A stretch of DNA of 64,000 nucleotides from Occultella glacieicola (GCF_004353825.1 NZ_SMNA01000007.1:1-64000), one strand, 5' to 3'. Shown: positions 46,752 to 56,983, counted from the stretch's first letter. Notes: generated by a model not told the origin, from the letters alone. Made by a program: numbers and translations.

Positions 46752-49700
46752 TGGCACGGTCTGAGAAGGCGCGGAGCAGGCGCGCTCCGTTGGGCTGGTG
46801 GCGTTCACGCACCGCGGGGCGCGGCCGTGACCGCGGCTTCGTGGAGGCCGGCGTGGCCGCCGCCGGCGGGCTGCTCGTGGTCGGCGCCGTGGTCGGCAAC
46901 GGCGTGGCCGCCGCGCTGATCGACATGTCCGACGGGCAGACCTGGCTGGCCGACGACGACGGCAGGGTGGTGCAGATCAACCCGGCCACCGGCCAGCCCG
47001 AGCGACGCCTGATCATCGGCGAACCCGGCAGCGAACTCGAGGTCTCCCAGCGGGACGGGCAGCTCATCGTCACCGAGCTGACCACCGGGATGATCACGGC
47101 CGTCGACCTCGCCAGCCTGGTTGCCAGCGGGGCCCGCGGGGTGGATCCCGACACCGAGGTGCTCGTCGGCGGCGGCCAGGTGGTCCTGGTCGACCTCGAA
47201 CCGGGCACCGTCCGGGCCGTGGACCCGCTCACGCTGACCGACCTCGGCCGCCCGTTCCGCACCGACGACCTGGCCGACGCCGTGATCGACGACGAGGGGT
47301 CGGTCTGGATCATCGGCATCGACGGCACCCTCACCGAGCTCGACTACTCCGCGGATGCCGCCGAGTTCGTCACGTCCGTGTCCCGGCCGGTCGCCGGGGC
47401 GGGGCCGCAGTCCCGGTTGGTGCCGCACGCAGCCGGCGTGACCGTGTTCGCCCCGGACCAGGGGTCCGTGGTGCAGGCGGGCGCCGGGCGGGACCTCGCC
47501 GTCAGCGTCGCCGCCCTCGAGGGCACGGTCGCCGAGGCGGACTTCGCCCCTGCCGACCTGGTGCCCGCCTCCGCCGAGGACCTCGGCAGGGTGTTCCTGC
47601 TCGCGGACGGGCGGATCCTGAACGTGGACGTCGGCGCCCTCGGCTGCGAGCGGCCCGGCAGCCCGGCGGTGTTCGCCGGCAAGGTGTACGTGCCCTGCCT
47701 GGGCACCGGGCGGGTCATCGTCCTGGACTCGGGCGGTGCCCGGGCCGGGGCGGACATCGTGGTCCCCGGTGGCGGCGACCCCACGCTCGTGGTCGACGAC
47801 GGCCGGCTCTACGTGAGCACGCCGGCCGACGGCCGGATCGTGGTCGTCCAGCCGGACGGCTCCACCCAGATGGTCGACGTCGCCGCCGCCGAGGTCCCGG
47901 TCCAGGACGTGGACCGGCCCACCCCGGTGCGGCCCACGGTTCCCGTGGTGGCCCCGCCGGTGAACGTCCCGCCGAACACGCCCACGCCCCCGGTGAACAC
48001 GCCGCCCGGCGTCCCGAACCCTCCGGAGACGCCGGACGACCCGACGCCGCCGGACACCCCGGGTACCGACCCCACGAACAACCCCGGCGGAGGCGACGAC
48101 AGCGACGACGACGGCACCGGGGGCAACAGCAACGACGCCGACAAGGCGCCCTCCGGGGTGGCCGCCCAGCTGCGTGCGGACGGGACCGTGGCGCTGACCT
48201 GGACGCCGCCGGTGACCACCCCCGAGACCGTCCGGGTGACCGGCTCGGACGGCGTCACCGACCGGGAGGTCGCCCCGGATGCGACCTCACTGGACGTCCC
48301 CGGCCTGTCCTGCGGCTCGATGATCACCCTCACCGTGACCGCCACCCACGCCGACGGCAGCACCGGCGTCGGCTCGACCGAGATCCGCACGGCGGACTGC
48401 GCAACCGGGGTGAACCCGGCCGACCTGGCGCCCACCGACGTGCAGGCGTCCCTGCGCGCGGACGAGAGCGTCCGGGTCACCTGGACGGCCCCCGTCGAGA
48501 CCCCGAACGAGATCCGGGTGACGAGCTCGGACGGCACCGCCAACGAGGTGCTCGCCGCCGGCGCCACCACCGTGGACCTGGCCGGACTCACCTGTGGACG
48601 GACCCTCACGTTCACCGTGACCGCCCACCACGACGGCGGGATCAGCGGCACCGACTCGGCTACCGCGGCGACCGTCGACTGCCCGGTGGACCCTGCCGAC
48701 CTCGCCCCGACCGGGGCGAGCGCGGCCCTGCGCGCCGACGAGAGCGTGCGGGTGAGCTGGACCGCGCCCGTGGTCGCGCCGAACGACTACCGGGTCACCA
48801 GCTCCGACGGCGCCGCCAGCCAGATGGTCGCCGCGGGTGCCACGTCGGTGGACCTGCCCGGTCTCACCTGTGGCCGGACGCTGACCTTCACGATCACCGC
48901 GAACCATGAAGGCGGTCAGACCGGTCAGGCGAACGCGAGTGCCCGCACCGCCGACTGCCCGACGACGCCGCCCCCCACGGTGGAGGCGACCGCCCCCACG
49001 AACGTGACCGCGACCCTGAACGGCAACAACACCGTCACCGTGTCCTGGACCGCGGCCTCCTCCGGCGCGGACGAGTACCGGGTCTCACCGAACGGCGGCG
49101 CGGCCACGTCCGTGACGGGGACCTCCGCGACACTGACCCTGGCCTCGGGCACCTACACGTTCACCGTCACCACCCAGCTCGACGCCACCAGCGCGACCTC
49201 CGCCGCGAGCAACGCGGTGACGGTGGCGGGGGCGCCCGGGGCCCCGGGGACGCCGGCCATCGGTGGCGTCACGAACGACGGCTCCCGGGTGCAGGCCAAC
49301 GCGTCCTGGGCCGCCGCCCCCGCGAACGGTGCCGCCGTCACCTACACGGTCACCTACACCGGCGGCTCGCTCACCACGACGAACACGTCGACGCCGATCA
49401 CGATCAACTGCTCCGGTGCGAGCCCGTGCGCCGCCGGCGGCACCCTGACCGTCACCGTCACCCCGTCGAACGCGATCGGCACCGGTCCCGCGTCGTCGTC
49501 GTCCGCGTCCGTGCCCGCGCCGCCGCCCCCGCCGCCGGCGAACGGGGACTCGGTGGTCAGTCGCATCCAGTGGTCGGAGCCCGGCCTCTACGACGAGAAC
49601 ATCCCGTTCAGTGTCTGGGTCTCCGCACCCGCCGGGTGGGCCGCGCACACCGGGACCTGCACCCTGTACGTCTCCGGCCCGGGGATCAACGACTCCCGGG

Positions 49701-50131
49701 TGATCGCGTGCAACTCGGGAGGGTCCGTGTACGGGAACGCCGCCCGCGGAATGGCCACGATCACCGCCTACGTCGTGGCCACCGGCGCGGGTGTCAACGC
49801 GACCTCGGCGACGGTCAGCGAGCAGTTGCCGTCCCGGGGCGACTGGGCGCATTGCACCCTCAGCCCGCGCATCTGCACCCAGCCCAACACCTTCGACCCC
49901 GACGATCCCGACGTCGAGGTGACCCCGATCCCGTGGACCCCGCCCGAGGTGCCCAGCCCGCCCGTGCTCGCGGCCGGTTTCGGCCTGCTCGGCGCCGCCG
50001 GCCTGCTGCGCACCCAGCGCCGCCTCGCCGACGTCCCCACCCTCACGACCACGGACGGCGCCGCGCCCACCCCGGCCGCGACCGCCGTCGTCCATGAACG
50101 CCCCGACTCGACCGGAGACCAGCCCCGATGA
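46751..50131 (+). CDS. Large surface protein: TM, beta-propeller-like region, Pro linker, about 5 FN3 repeats, C-terminal hydrophobic segment
   Basis: Start overlaps the EssC stop; three similar AP-V-A-LRAD-V-WT-P...GL(S/T)CG-TVTA-H...DC repeats. Confidence 0.82.
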   Translation: MARSEKARSRRAPLGWWRSRTAGRGRDRGFVEAGVAAAGGLLVVGAVVGNGVAAALIDMSDGQTWLADDDGRVVQINPATGQPERRLIIGEPGSELEVSQRDGQLIVTELTTGMITAVDLASLVASGARGVDPDTEVLVGGGQVVLVDLEPGTVRAVDPLTLTDLGRPFRTDDLADAVIDDEGSVWIIGIDGTLTELDYSADAAEFVTSVSRPVAGAGPQSRLVPHAAGVTVFAPDQGSVVQAGAGRDLAVSVAALEGTVAEADFAPADLVPASAEDLGRVFLLADGRILNVDVGALGCERPGSPAVFAGKVYVPCLGTGRVIVLDSGGARAGADIVVPGGGDPTLVVDDGRLYVSTPADGRIVVVQPDGSTQMVDVAAAEVPVQDVDRPTPVRPTVPVVAPPVNVPPNTPTPPVNTPPGVPNPPETPDDPTPPDTPGTDPTNNPGGGDDSDDDGTGGNSNDADKAPSGVAAQLRADGTVALTWTPPVTTPETVRVTGSDGVTDREVAPDATSLDVPGLSCGSMITLTVTATHADGSTGVGSTEIRTADCATGVNPADLAPTDVQASLRADESVRVTWTAPVETPNEIRVTSSDGTANEVLAAGATTVDLAGLTCGRTLTFTVTAHHDGGISGTDSATAATVDCPVDPADLAPTGASAALRADESVRVSWTAPVVAPNDYRVTSSDGAASQMVAAGATSVDLPGLTCGRTLTFTITANHEGGQTGQANASARTADCPTTPPPTVEATAPTNVTATLNGNNTVTVSWTAASSGADEYRVSPNGGAATSVTGTSATLTLASGTYTFTVTTQLDATSATSAASNAVTVAGAPGAPGTPAIGGVTNDGSRVQANASWAAAPANGAAVTYTVTYTGGSLTTTNTSTPITINCSGASPCAAGGTLTVTVTPSNAIGTGPASSSSASVPAPPPPPPANGDSVVSRIQWSEPGLYDENIPFSVWVSAPAGWAAHTGTCTLYVSGPGINDSRVIACNSGGSVYGNAARGMATITAYVVATGAGVNATSATVSEQLPSRGDWAHCTLSPRICTQPNTFDPDDPDVEVTPIPWTPPEVPSPPVLAAGFGLLGAAGLLRTQRRLADVPTLTTTDGAAPTPAATAVVHERPDSTGDQPR

Positions 50132-51111
50132 CCGAGAACCCCCTGGCCCCCACCGAGGCGGACGTCGCCCGGTTCCGCCTGCTCCACGACCAGGTGGTCG
50201 ACGCCGTGTCCGGCGCCCTGCAGGGCAAGCGGCCGGTGATCGAGCTCGCCACCGTGTCCCTGTTCGCGGGCGGGCACGTGCTCCTCGAGGACGTCCCCGG
50301 AACTGGCAAGACCACGCTGGCCCGGGCCATCGCCGCGGCCCTCGGCGGCTCCTCCCGGCGGATCCAGTTCACCCCGGACCTGCTGCCGGCCGACGTCACC
50401 GGCACCTCCGTGTTCGAGCCCGGCACCGGCGAGATCAGTTTCCGGCCCGGTCCGGTGTTCACGAACGTGCTGCTCGCCGACGAGATCAACCGGGCCGCCG
50501 CGAAGACCCAGTCCGCGCTCCTGGAGGTGATGGCCGAGCGCACCGTCACCGTCGACGGGATCGGCCACACCGTGCCGGACCCGTTCGTGGTGATCGCCAC
50601 CCAGAACCCGATCGACCTGGACGGCACCTACCGGCTCCCGGAGGCCCAGCTCGACCGGTTCCTGGTCCGGATCACGCTCGGCTACCCCGACGTCGAGCAC
50701 GAGCTCGCCGTGCTGCGGCCGGGGTCGCGCGCCGGAGTGGTCGAGGAGGTCCCCGAGGTCACCACCCCCGAGGCCGTGGCCGCCGCGTCCCGGCAGCTGC
50801 GGCACCTGCATGTCGCCGAACCGATCCTCGCCTACATCCGCGCCGTCGGGGCAGCCACGCGCGCGGACGACCGGCTCCGGCTCGGCGCGAGCACCCGGGC
50901 CCTGCGCGGCCTGGTCGCCGCCACCCAGGTCCACGCCGCCGCCCAGGGCCGCCACTTCGTGGTCCCCAGCGACGTGCAGCGCCTCGCCGGCCCCGTGCTC
51001 GTCCACCGCCTCGTGCCGACCCGGGACGCCCTGCTCGCGGGGGAGAGCACCGAGGCCGTGGTGGCCGACGCCGTCGGCAGCGTGGAGGCGCCGCGCCCGG
51101 TGCCCGCATGA
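50128..51111 (+). CDS. moxR: MoxR-family AAA+ ATPase
   Basis: EDVPGTGKT, RIQFTPDLLP, LLADEINR, ATQNP and LPEAQLDRF motifs. Confidence 0.95.
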   Translation: MTENPLAPTEADVARFRLLHDQVVDAVSGALQGKRPVIELATVSLFAGGHVLLEDVPGTGKTTLARAIAAALGGSSRRIQFTPDLLPADVTGTSVFEPGTGEISFRPGPVFTNVLLADEINRAAAKTQSALLEVMAERTVTVDGIGHTVPDPFVVIATQNPIDLDGTYRLPEAQLDRFLVRITLGYPDVEHELAVLRPGSRAGVVEEVPEVTTPEAVAAASRQLRHLHVAEPILAYIRAVGAATRADDRLRLGASTRALRGLVAATQVHAAAQGRHFVVPSDVQRLAGPVLVHRLVPTRDALLAGESTEAVVADAVGSVEAPRPVPA

Positions 51112-51168
51112 GGCTGGACCAGCCGCCGGCTCCCGATCCGGTTCTCGCCCAGACCGGCCCTCCTCGAC

Positions 51169-51288
51169 CGTGCGATTCTGCGGCTCATTCGCCCGATCTG
51201 CCGCGCAATTGCACGCTCGCGACTGAGTGCTCCGGTCGCGGGTGTGGTTCTGCGGCGCACGCCGGCTATCCGCCGCGGAGTCGCACCC
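51169..51288. repeat. Two related imperfect palindromes (REP-like) in the moxR-DUF58 gap
   Basis: Stems at 51169-51215 and 51240-51288 share gtg-g-ttctgcggc...gccgcg-a-t-gcac. Confidence 0.65.
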
Positions 51289-51340
51289 TCACGTGCGGTG
51301 GGATGGCCGGACGGAGCCATCGCTTGCTGGGGTCGGTCCG

Positions 51341-52510
51341 GTGCGGCTGACCGGGCGGGGGTGGGCCGTGCTCATCTCGACGGCGGCGCTGCTCGGGTTC
51401 GGGCTGTGGGCGAGGTACCCGGGTCTCGTCGGGCTCGGCGCCGTCCTCGCGGTCGCCCTGGGGTGCGCGCTCGTGACCGTGCTGGTGCCCGCGCCGCTGC
51501 GGATCCGGCGACGGGTCCGCCCGCCGCGGGTGGCCAGGCTCGAGGAGGCCTCGGCGCACGTCGAGGTCACGAACGCCTCGACCTGGCTGGCGCAGTCGGT
51601 CACCGGGCACGACCTGGTGGGCGGTCGGCGGACCCCGTTCCTGGTGCCGCGGATGGCGCCCGGGGCGACCGTGAGCACCGAGGTTCCGATCCCCACCACC
51701 CACCGCGGCGTCATCGGCTTCGGTCCGCTGACCCTGCACCGGTTCTCCTTCCTCGACCTGCTCGAGGTCCGCCAGGAGCACGGGGACCGGGCCTCCGTAC
51801 TCGTCGAGCCCCGGATCCTGGACGCACTCGGCCTGCCGGCCGGGGCGCGCCGCGGGCACGTCGGCGCGGACGAGCGGATCGCCCACGGCGGCACCGACCT
51901 GGTCGGGCTGCGCGAGTACGTCGCCGGGGACGACCTGCGCCGACTGCACTGGGCCACTAGCGCGCGCCGGGCGACCCTGATGGTCCGTGAGGACGCCGAC
52001 CCCTCCGCGCCGCACCTGACCGTGCTCCTCGACGACCGTGCCGACTCGTACGCCGGTGCCCACGACGCCGCCCTCGACGGTGAGGGTTTCGAGGAGGCCG
52101 TCGACGTCGCCGCCAGCCTGCTCACCGCGGCCGCCGGCGTCGAGAGCCCGGCCCGCGTGGTCACCATCGGCGGTGGTCTCGACGAGCAGATCCCCGCGCC
52201 GGCGCCCGCGGCCGGTCCGGCCGGGCTGGACCCGCACGTGCTCGGCGCCCTCGCCCGGCTCGAACGGTCCGACGGCGGGCACGGCTCCGGCCTGTTCGCG
52301 GGCTCCCCAGACGTGCTCGCCGTGATCACCGGTCCGAACAGCGACCTCGGCGACCTGCTGCTCACGGCGTCCGGGGCGCCGTCGGGCGTCGTGCTGGTGG
52401 TGGATCCGCGGCCCGAGGCCCTCGTCTCCGCCCAGCAGGGCGTGCTGGTCCTGCGTGGCCCGCGCGCCGAGGAACTCGTCCACGGCTGGCGGACGGCGGT
52501 GGCCCGATGA
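51341..52510 (+). CDS. DUF58 (vWA-related) MoxR partner
   Basis: LREYVAGDDLRRLHWATSAR-LMVRE, FEEAVDVAAS, N-terminal TM pair. Confidence 0.9.
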   Translation: MRLTGRGWAVLISTAALLGFGLWARYPGLVGLGAVLAVALGCALVTVLVPAPLRIRRRVRPPRVARLEEASAHVEVTNASTWLAQSVTGHDLVGGRRTPFLVPRMAPGATVSTEVPIPTTHRGVIGFGPLTLHRFSFLDLLEVRQEHGDRASVLVEPRILDALGLPAGARRGHVGADERIAHGGTDLVGLREYVAGDDLRRLHWATSARRATLMVREDADPSAPHLTVLLDDRADSYAGAHDAALDGEGFEEAVDVAASLLTAAAGVESPARVVTIGGGLDEQIPAPAPAAGPAGLDPHVLGALARLERSDGGHGSGLFAGSPDVLAVITGPNSDLGDLLLTASGAPSGVVLVVDPRPEALVSAQQGVLVLRGPRAEELVHGWRTAVAR

Positions 52511-54915
52511 TCCGGTTCGCCACGGCCGCCTGGTCCGCGCTCGTGCTGGCGCTGGCCACGCTCCCGCTCGCCGCCGGGTACTCCTCGCCGGTCGCCGCCG
52601 GGGTCCTGATCGGCTGCGCGATCGTGCCGTTCGGCATCGCCGCCCTGGGGCGGGTGGCCAGGGTCGGGCGCGGCTGGGTGGCCGTGGCGGGCACGGTACT
52701 CGCCGTCAGCGCGGCCCTGATCCTGCTCGACGGCGTGGAGGCCGAGGCCCAGGCACAGCCCGGGTGGCGGGCCAGCCCCGCACTGAGCCTGCTCGGGCCG
52801 CTCATCGACTCCGTGCCGCGGCTCCTCACCGCGCCACGCCCGGCCCCGGCCGACGTCGGCTACCTGGTACCGACGGCGTTACTCGTCTGGATCGTCGCGC
52901 TCGGTGTGGCCGTAGTGGCGGTCGGGCGCGCCCGGGCGACCGCGGCGCCGCTCGTCGGCGCGGTGGCCCTGCTCGTCGCCGGCGGCCTCCTGACCGCCGG
53001 GCGTGGGGATGCCACCGGCTGGATCGCCCTGGCCACCGCGGTGGTGCTGCTGCTCGGCTGGGTGCTGCTGCCCTCGCAGGCGCGGGCGTCGTCGCGGGTG
53101 GGTGGGGATGCGGACCCGGGCGGGGCCGGCGGCGGGACCCGTCCCGGCCTCTCGGGAGGCGGCCCCGACGGGTCGACCGGCGCCGCGCGGCGCCGCGTGC
53201 TGGTGCCCGCGGTCGCGGCCGTGATCCTCGGGTCCTTCGCGCTCACGGCGGTGGCCGTGCCCACCTCCCGGTCCTTCGAGCCGCGCACGCTGGTGCCGCC
53301 GCCGGAGCTGCCCCTGGCCGCCACGAACCCGATCCCCAACCTGGCCCTCTGGAACGCCCGGCCGAATTTCCCGCTGCTGAGCGTCAGCCCGGACGGTGCG
53401 AGGCTGCCGGAGCGGCTCACGGTCGCCGCGCTGCCGGATTTCGACGGCGCCGCCTGGACCATCGACGCCCGGCTGCGCGCAGTCGGGGTCGTCGACGAGC
53501 CCGACCTGCAGCCCGGCACCCGGCAGCGGGAGGTCGCCTACGTGCTCGCCGACGCCGCGCTCGCCGGCGTGTGGGTGCCGTCCGCCGGGATGGCCGCGGC
53601 GGTCTCCGGAGCGGACGTGCTCATGGACACCGACACCGGCGTCCTGGTGGCCCCCGACGGGCTCGGCAGCGACCCGGTCTCGGTGCGTGCCCTGGTGGAC
53701 GCGCCAACCGACGCCGAGATCGACCGGGCCGGGACGCCGATGGCCGAGGTCGCCGCCCGGTACCTGGAACTGCCCCGGATCCCGGCGTCCCTGCGTGAGG
53801 AGTCCGTCGCGCTGACGGAGGGCACCCACTCCCGTTGGGAGCAGGCGCTCGCGATCGCCGAGGGTGTGCGGGGCGAGCGAACCCTTGACGTGGGGGCACC
53901 GTCGGGATCGTCCTACGGGCGCATCCAGGAGTTCCTCTTCCTGCCGGAGGCCGATGGCGGCCAGGTCGGCACCTCCGAGCAGTTCGCCGCGTCCTTCGCC
54001 GTGCTCGCCCGGGCGGCCGGCCTGCCCACCCGCCTCGTGATCGGCTTCGACCTCACCGAGGCCGTGGCCGCGGCGGACGGTTCGGTGACGGTCACCGGCG
54101 ACGACGCCCGCATGTGGGCCGAGGTCTACTTCGCGCGCGCCGGCTGGGTCGCGGTCGACCCGAGCCCGGCCACCAGCATCGACACCGGCGACCTCCCGGA
54201 ACCGCCGACGGGCGAGGACCAGCCGGACCGTCCCGAGGACGTCGGCGCCGAGGACGATCAGGACGCCGAGGAGAACGTGGCCGAGCCCGGTGACGACGCC
54301 GACGGCCGGACCGGAATGAGCGTGGCCACGGGCCTGACCCTGCTCGCCGGGCTGGCGTTTCTCGGGGTGCTGGCCGTGGTCGCGCTGGCCATCGCCCGCG
54401 CGGTGCGCCGGCGCCGGTGGCGCGCCGCCGGGGCGGTGGGTGCCTGGGCCCTGGTGCTCGACGCGGCCGTGCTCGCCGGCCGGCCGGTGCCGCGCTCCAG
54501 TGCCGCACCGGAGGCGGCGCGCGCGTTGGCCGGCGCTGCCGAGACCGGACATTCCGCGCCGGACCGGAGCCCGGTACGTTCGGTCTCGGCGGCCCCGGAG
54601 GATCGGGGAACGGCCGCGCTGATGCTGGCCGAGCGCGCCGAGCGCGCCGCCTTCGGACCACAGCCACGCGCGGCGGGGAGCACCGCCGTCGGGCATTCGG
54701 CCCCAATCGGAGCACCAACCGAGGCGACGTCCGACTGGGAGTTGGCCACCGCCGTCGAGCGTGACCTGCGCGCGGGTGCGAGCACGTGGCGACGCGCGGT
54801 GTGGTGGGTCTCGCCGGCCGTGCTCAGGGGCCGTAGGGCCTCCGGTCAGGACGACCGGATGCGTGGCGAAAAGGCGGACCCGGTGGGTCGCCGTGAAAGT
54901 CAGGGTGACGAATGA
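52507..54915 (+). CDS. Polytopic transglutaminase-like (TgpA-type) protein with a degenerate catalytic triad
   Basis: Multiple TMs; GTSEQFA, ARAAGLPTRLVIGF, RMWAEVYF and GWVAVDP motifs. Confidence 0.88.
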   Translation: MIRFATAAWSALVLALATLPLAAGYSSPVAAGVLIGCAIVPFGIAALGRVARVGRGWVAVAGTVLAVSAALILLDGVEAEAQAQPGWRASPALSLLGPLIDSVPRLLTAPRPAPADVGYLVPTALLVWIVALGVAVVAVGRARATAAPLVGAVALLVAGGLLTAGRGDATGWIALATAVVLLLGWVLLPSQARASSRVGGDADPGGAGGGTRPGLSGGGPDGSTGAARRRVLVPAVAAVILGSFALTAVAVPTSRSFEPRTLVPPPELPLAATNPIPNLALWNARPNFPLLSVSPDGARLPERLTVAALPDFDGAAWTIDARLRAVGVVDEPDLQPGTRQREVAYVLADAALAGVWVPSAGMAAAVSGADVLMDTDTGVLVAPDGLGSDPVSVRALVDAPTDAEIDRAGTPMAEVAARYLELPRIPASLREESVALTEGTHSRWEQALAIAEGVRGERTLDVGAPSGSSYGRIQEFLFLPEADGGQVGTSEQFAASFAVLARAAGLPTRLVIGFDLTEAVAAADGSVTVTGDDARMWAEVYFARAGWVAVDPSPATSIDTGDLPEPPTGEDQPDRPEDVGAEDDQDAEENVAEPGDDADGRTGMSVATGLTLLAGLAFLGVLAVVALAIARAVRRRRWRAAGAVGAWALVLDAAVLAGRPVPRSSAAPEAARALAGAAETGHSAPDRSPVRSVSAAPEDRGTAALMLAERAERAAFGPQPRAAGSTAVGHSAPIGAPTEATSDWELATAVERDLRAGASTWRRAVWWVSPAVLRGRRASGQDDRMRGEKADPVGRRESQGDE

Positions 54916-55505
54916 GGGATCGGGCCCAGGACGCCAGTGCCGAACTCGAGGCGTGGGTCGGAGCGTTCGGCCACACCATCGGGATCGCGCTCGAACAAGC
55001 GATCGTCGCGGTGACCAGTCGGCTGCCCGCGGGGGACATCGTCGGCGTCGGCGTCGCGACAGATGCGGACGCCACGTCGATCGTCGCGCTCGCCAACTCG
55101 CGCCAGAACCTCGACAGGATGATCGCGGAGGAGCCCCAGTTCGCGGTCGATTCCACGTGGCACCTGGGCGAGTGGGACATGGACGTGACGCAGGTCGACG
55201 CGGATGATCCCTTGGCGCCGGTGCGCGCCGAGGCAGACCGGGTGAAGCGGCTCATCACGTCTCCGGGCGACGGTCGGGCGCCCTCCCAACACCTCGGCGA
55301 GTTCCGAGCGGCTCTCTGGGACGCCATCGCGCACGCGCTGGCGCAGTCCGCGACGCACGGATTCTTCGATCGGTGGCCGAGTGCCAAGCGGGTGTTCCTG
55401 CCGCTCGATGCCGACGTCTCCGAGGAACGGATCGCCGCCTGGAACACGCCGTTCAATCGTCCCGAAGACCTGGGCGAGCTCCGGGAGTTCCTTCAGCTCG
55501 ACTAG
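54912..55505 (+). CDS. DUF4303-like protein
   Basis: ATGA coupling to the upstream gene; ALANS...WHLGEWD...GFF...FN pattern. Confidence 0.6.
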   Translation: MRDRAQDASAELEAWVGAFGHTIGIALEQAIVAVTSRLPAGDIVGVGVATDADATSIVALANSRQNLDRMIAEEPQFAVDSTWHLGEWDMDVTQVDADDPLAPVRAEADRVKRLITSPGDGRAPSQHLGEFRAALWDAIAHALAQSATHGFFDRWPSAKRVFLPLDADVSEERIAAWNTPFNRPEDLGELREFLQLD

Positions 55506-55576
55506 CTGTACCCGGCCGGGCGGCAGTAGCGGGTCGCGCGCGTGCCGGCCGATCCGGCGGGTTCTAGGCTGTCCGG

Positions 55577-56983
55577 GTGACCCGACTCAACGCACCCAGC
55601 GTCCCGGCCGACCCGACCTCGAAGGAACGCCTCGCCGCCCGTGGTCTCGACTACCGCACCGTCGACACCGCCGACCGCGACGCCTTCCTGAACGCGATGC
55701 AGGCCGTCACGCGCGGTTTCCTCGGACCGGAGATCACCGGCGCGGCCGTCGCCGAGGAGTCCGAGCCGACCGACGGGCGGCGCTACCTCGGCATCTTCGA
55801 CGCCGGGCTCGCGCAGCCGCAGGTGCCGGTCGCGACGATCGACTCCTGGGTCACCCCGCTGAGCGTTCCCGGCGGCGACCTGGACATGTGGGCCATCAGC
55901 GGCGTCACCGTCGCCGGCACCCACCGTGGCCGCGGGATCGCGCGGGCCATGCTCGAGGGCGAGCTCCGCGCGGCCGCCGGCGCCGGGCTCGCCATCGCCG
56001 GCCTCACGGTGACCGAGACGACGCTGTACGGGCGGTACGGTTTCGGCGCCGCCGTGCCGATGAGCACCTGGACGATCGACACCCGCCGCGCCGGATGGGC
56101 GGGGCCGGAGGTCGACGGCCGGGTCGAGTTCGTCTCCCGGGAACAGCTCGCGACCGACCTCGGCGACGTTCACGAACGGGTGCGGACGCGCCGTGGCGGC
56201 GAGATCGCGGCCTGGCCCCGGCGCTGGCGGCAGGCCGCGGGCCTGTCGACGTCGGTGAAGGACGGCGACCACGTCCGTGGCGTGCGCTACGTCGACGCCG
56301 ACGGTGAGGTCCGCGGCGCCCTCGCCTACCGGGTGATCGAGAACGAGCGCGAGTTCACCCAGTCCCGGCTGAACATCGGCGTCCTCGTCACCGAGAACCC
56401 GGACGCGGCCGCCGCCCTGTGGGGCTACGCGGTGCAGCACGCGCTCGTCGCGGAGGTCACGGCGTCCTTGCGGCCGATCGACGACCCGGTGCGGTGGCTG
56501 GTGCGGGACGAGCGCGGCGCCGTCCAGACCATCCGCGACCACGGCTGGCTGCGGATCCTGGACCTGCCGCGGGCGCTGGAGTCGCGCTCGTACGCCACTG
56601 CCGCGGACGTCACGCTGGAGGTCACCGACCCGCTCGGGCTCACCAGTGGGACCTGGCGGGTACGGATCGCGCCCGACGGCGGGGCCGAGGTGACGAGACT
56701 GCCGGCGGCGGTTGCGGTGGGTGCGGCGGGCGCTTCGGGTGCGGCGGGTGCGGGGGATGCGGGCACTTCGGGTGCGGGGGATGCAGGCGCTTCGGGTGCG
56801 CCGGGCGCGATCGCCGCGGACATCCGCCTCGGCATCGCCGAGCTGTCCGCGGCCTACCTCGGTGGTACGCCGCTGACCGGGCTGCTCGCGTCCGGCCGGA
56901 TCGCGGGCGAGCCGGCCGCCGTCGCTGCCCTCGATGCGGCGCTGCGCCCCGCCCAGCCGCCGACCCTGAGCATCTGGTACTGA
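55577..56983 (+). CDS. Eis-family GNAT acetyltransferase with SCP-2-like C-terminal domain
   Basis: VTVAGTHRGRGIA, TETTLYGRYGFG, WLRILD and LSAAYLGG motifs. Confidence 0.88.
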   Translation: MTRLNAPSVPADPTSKERLAARGLDYRTVDTADRDAFLNAMQAVTRGFLGPEITGAAVAEESEPTDGRRYLGIFDAGLAQPQVPVATIDSWVTPLSVPGGDLDMWAISGVTVAGTHRGRGIARAMLEGELRAAAGAGLAIAGLTVTETTLYGRYGFGAAVPMSTWTIDTRRAGWAGPEVDGRVEFVSREQLATDLGDVHERVRTRRGGEIAAWPRRWRQAAGLSTSVKDGDHVRGVRYVDADGEVRGALAYRVIENEREFTQSRLNIGVLVTENPDAAAALWGYAVQHALVAEVTASLRPIDDPVRWLVRDERGAVQTIRDHGWLRILDLPRALESRSYATAADVTLEVTDPLGLTSGTWRVRIAPDGGAEVTRLPAAVAVGAAGASGAAGAGDAGTSGAGDAGASGAPGAIAADIRLGIAELSAAYLGGTPLTGLLASGRIAGEPAAVAALDAALRPAQPPTLSIWY

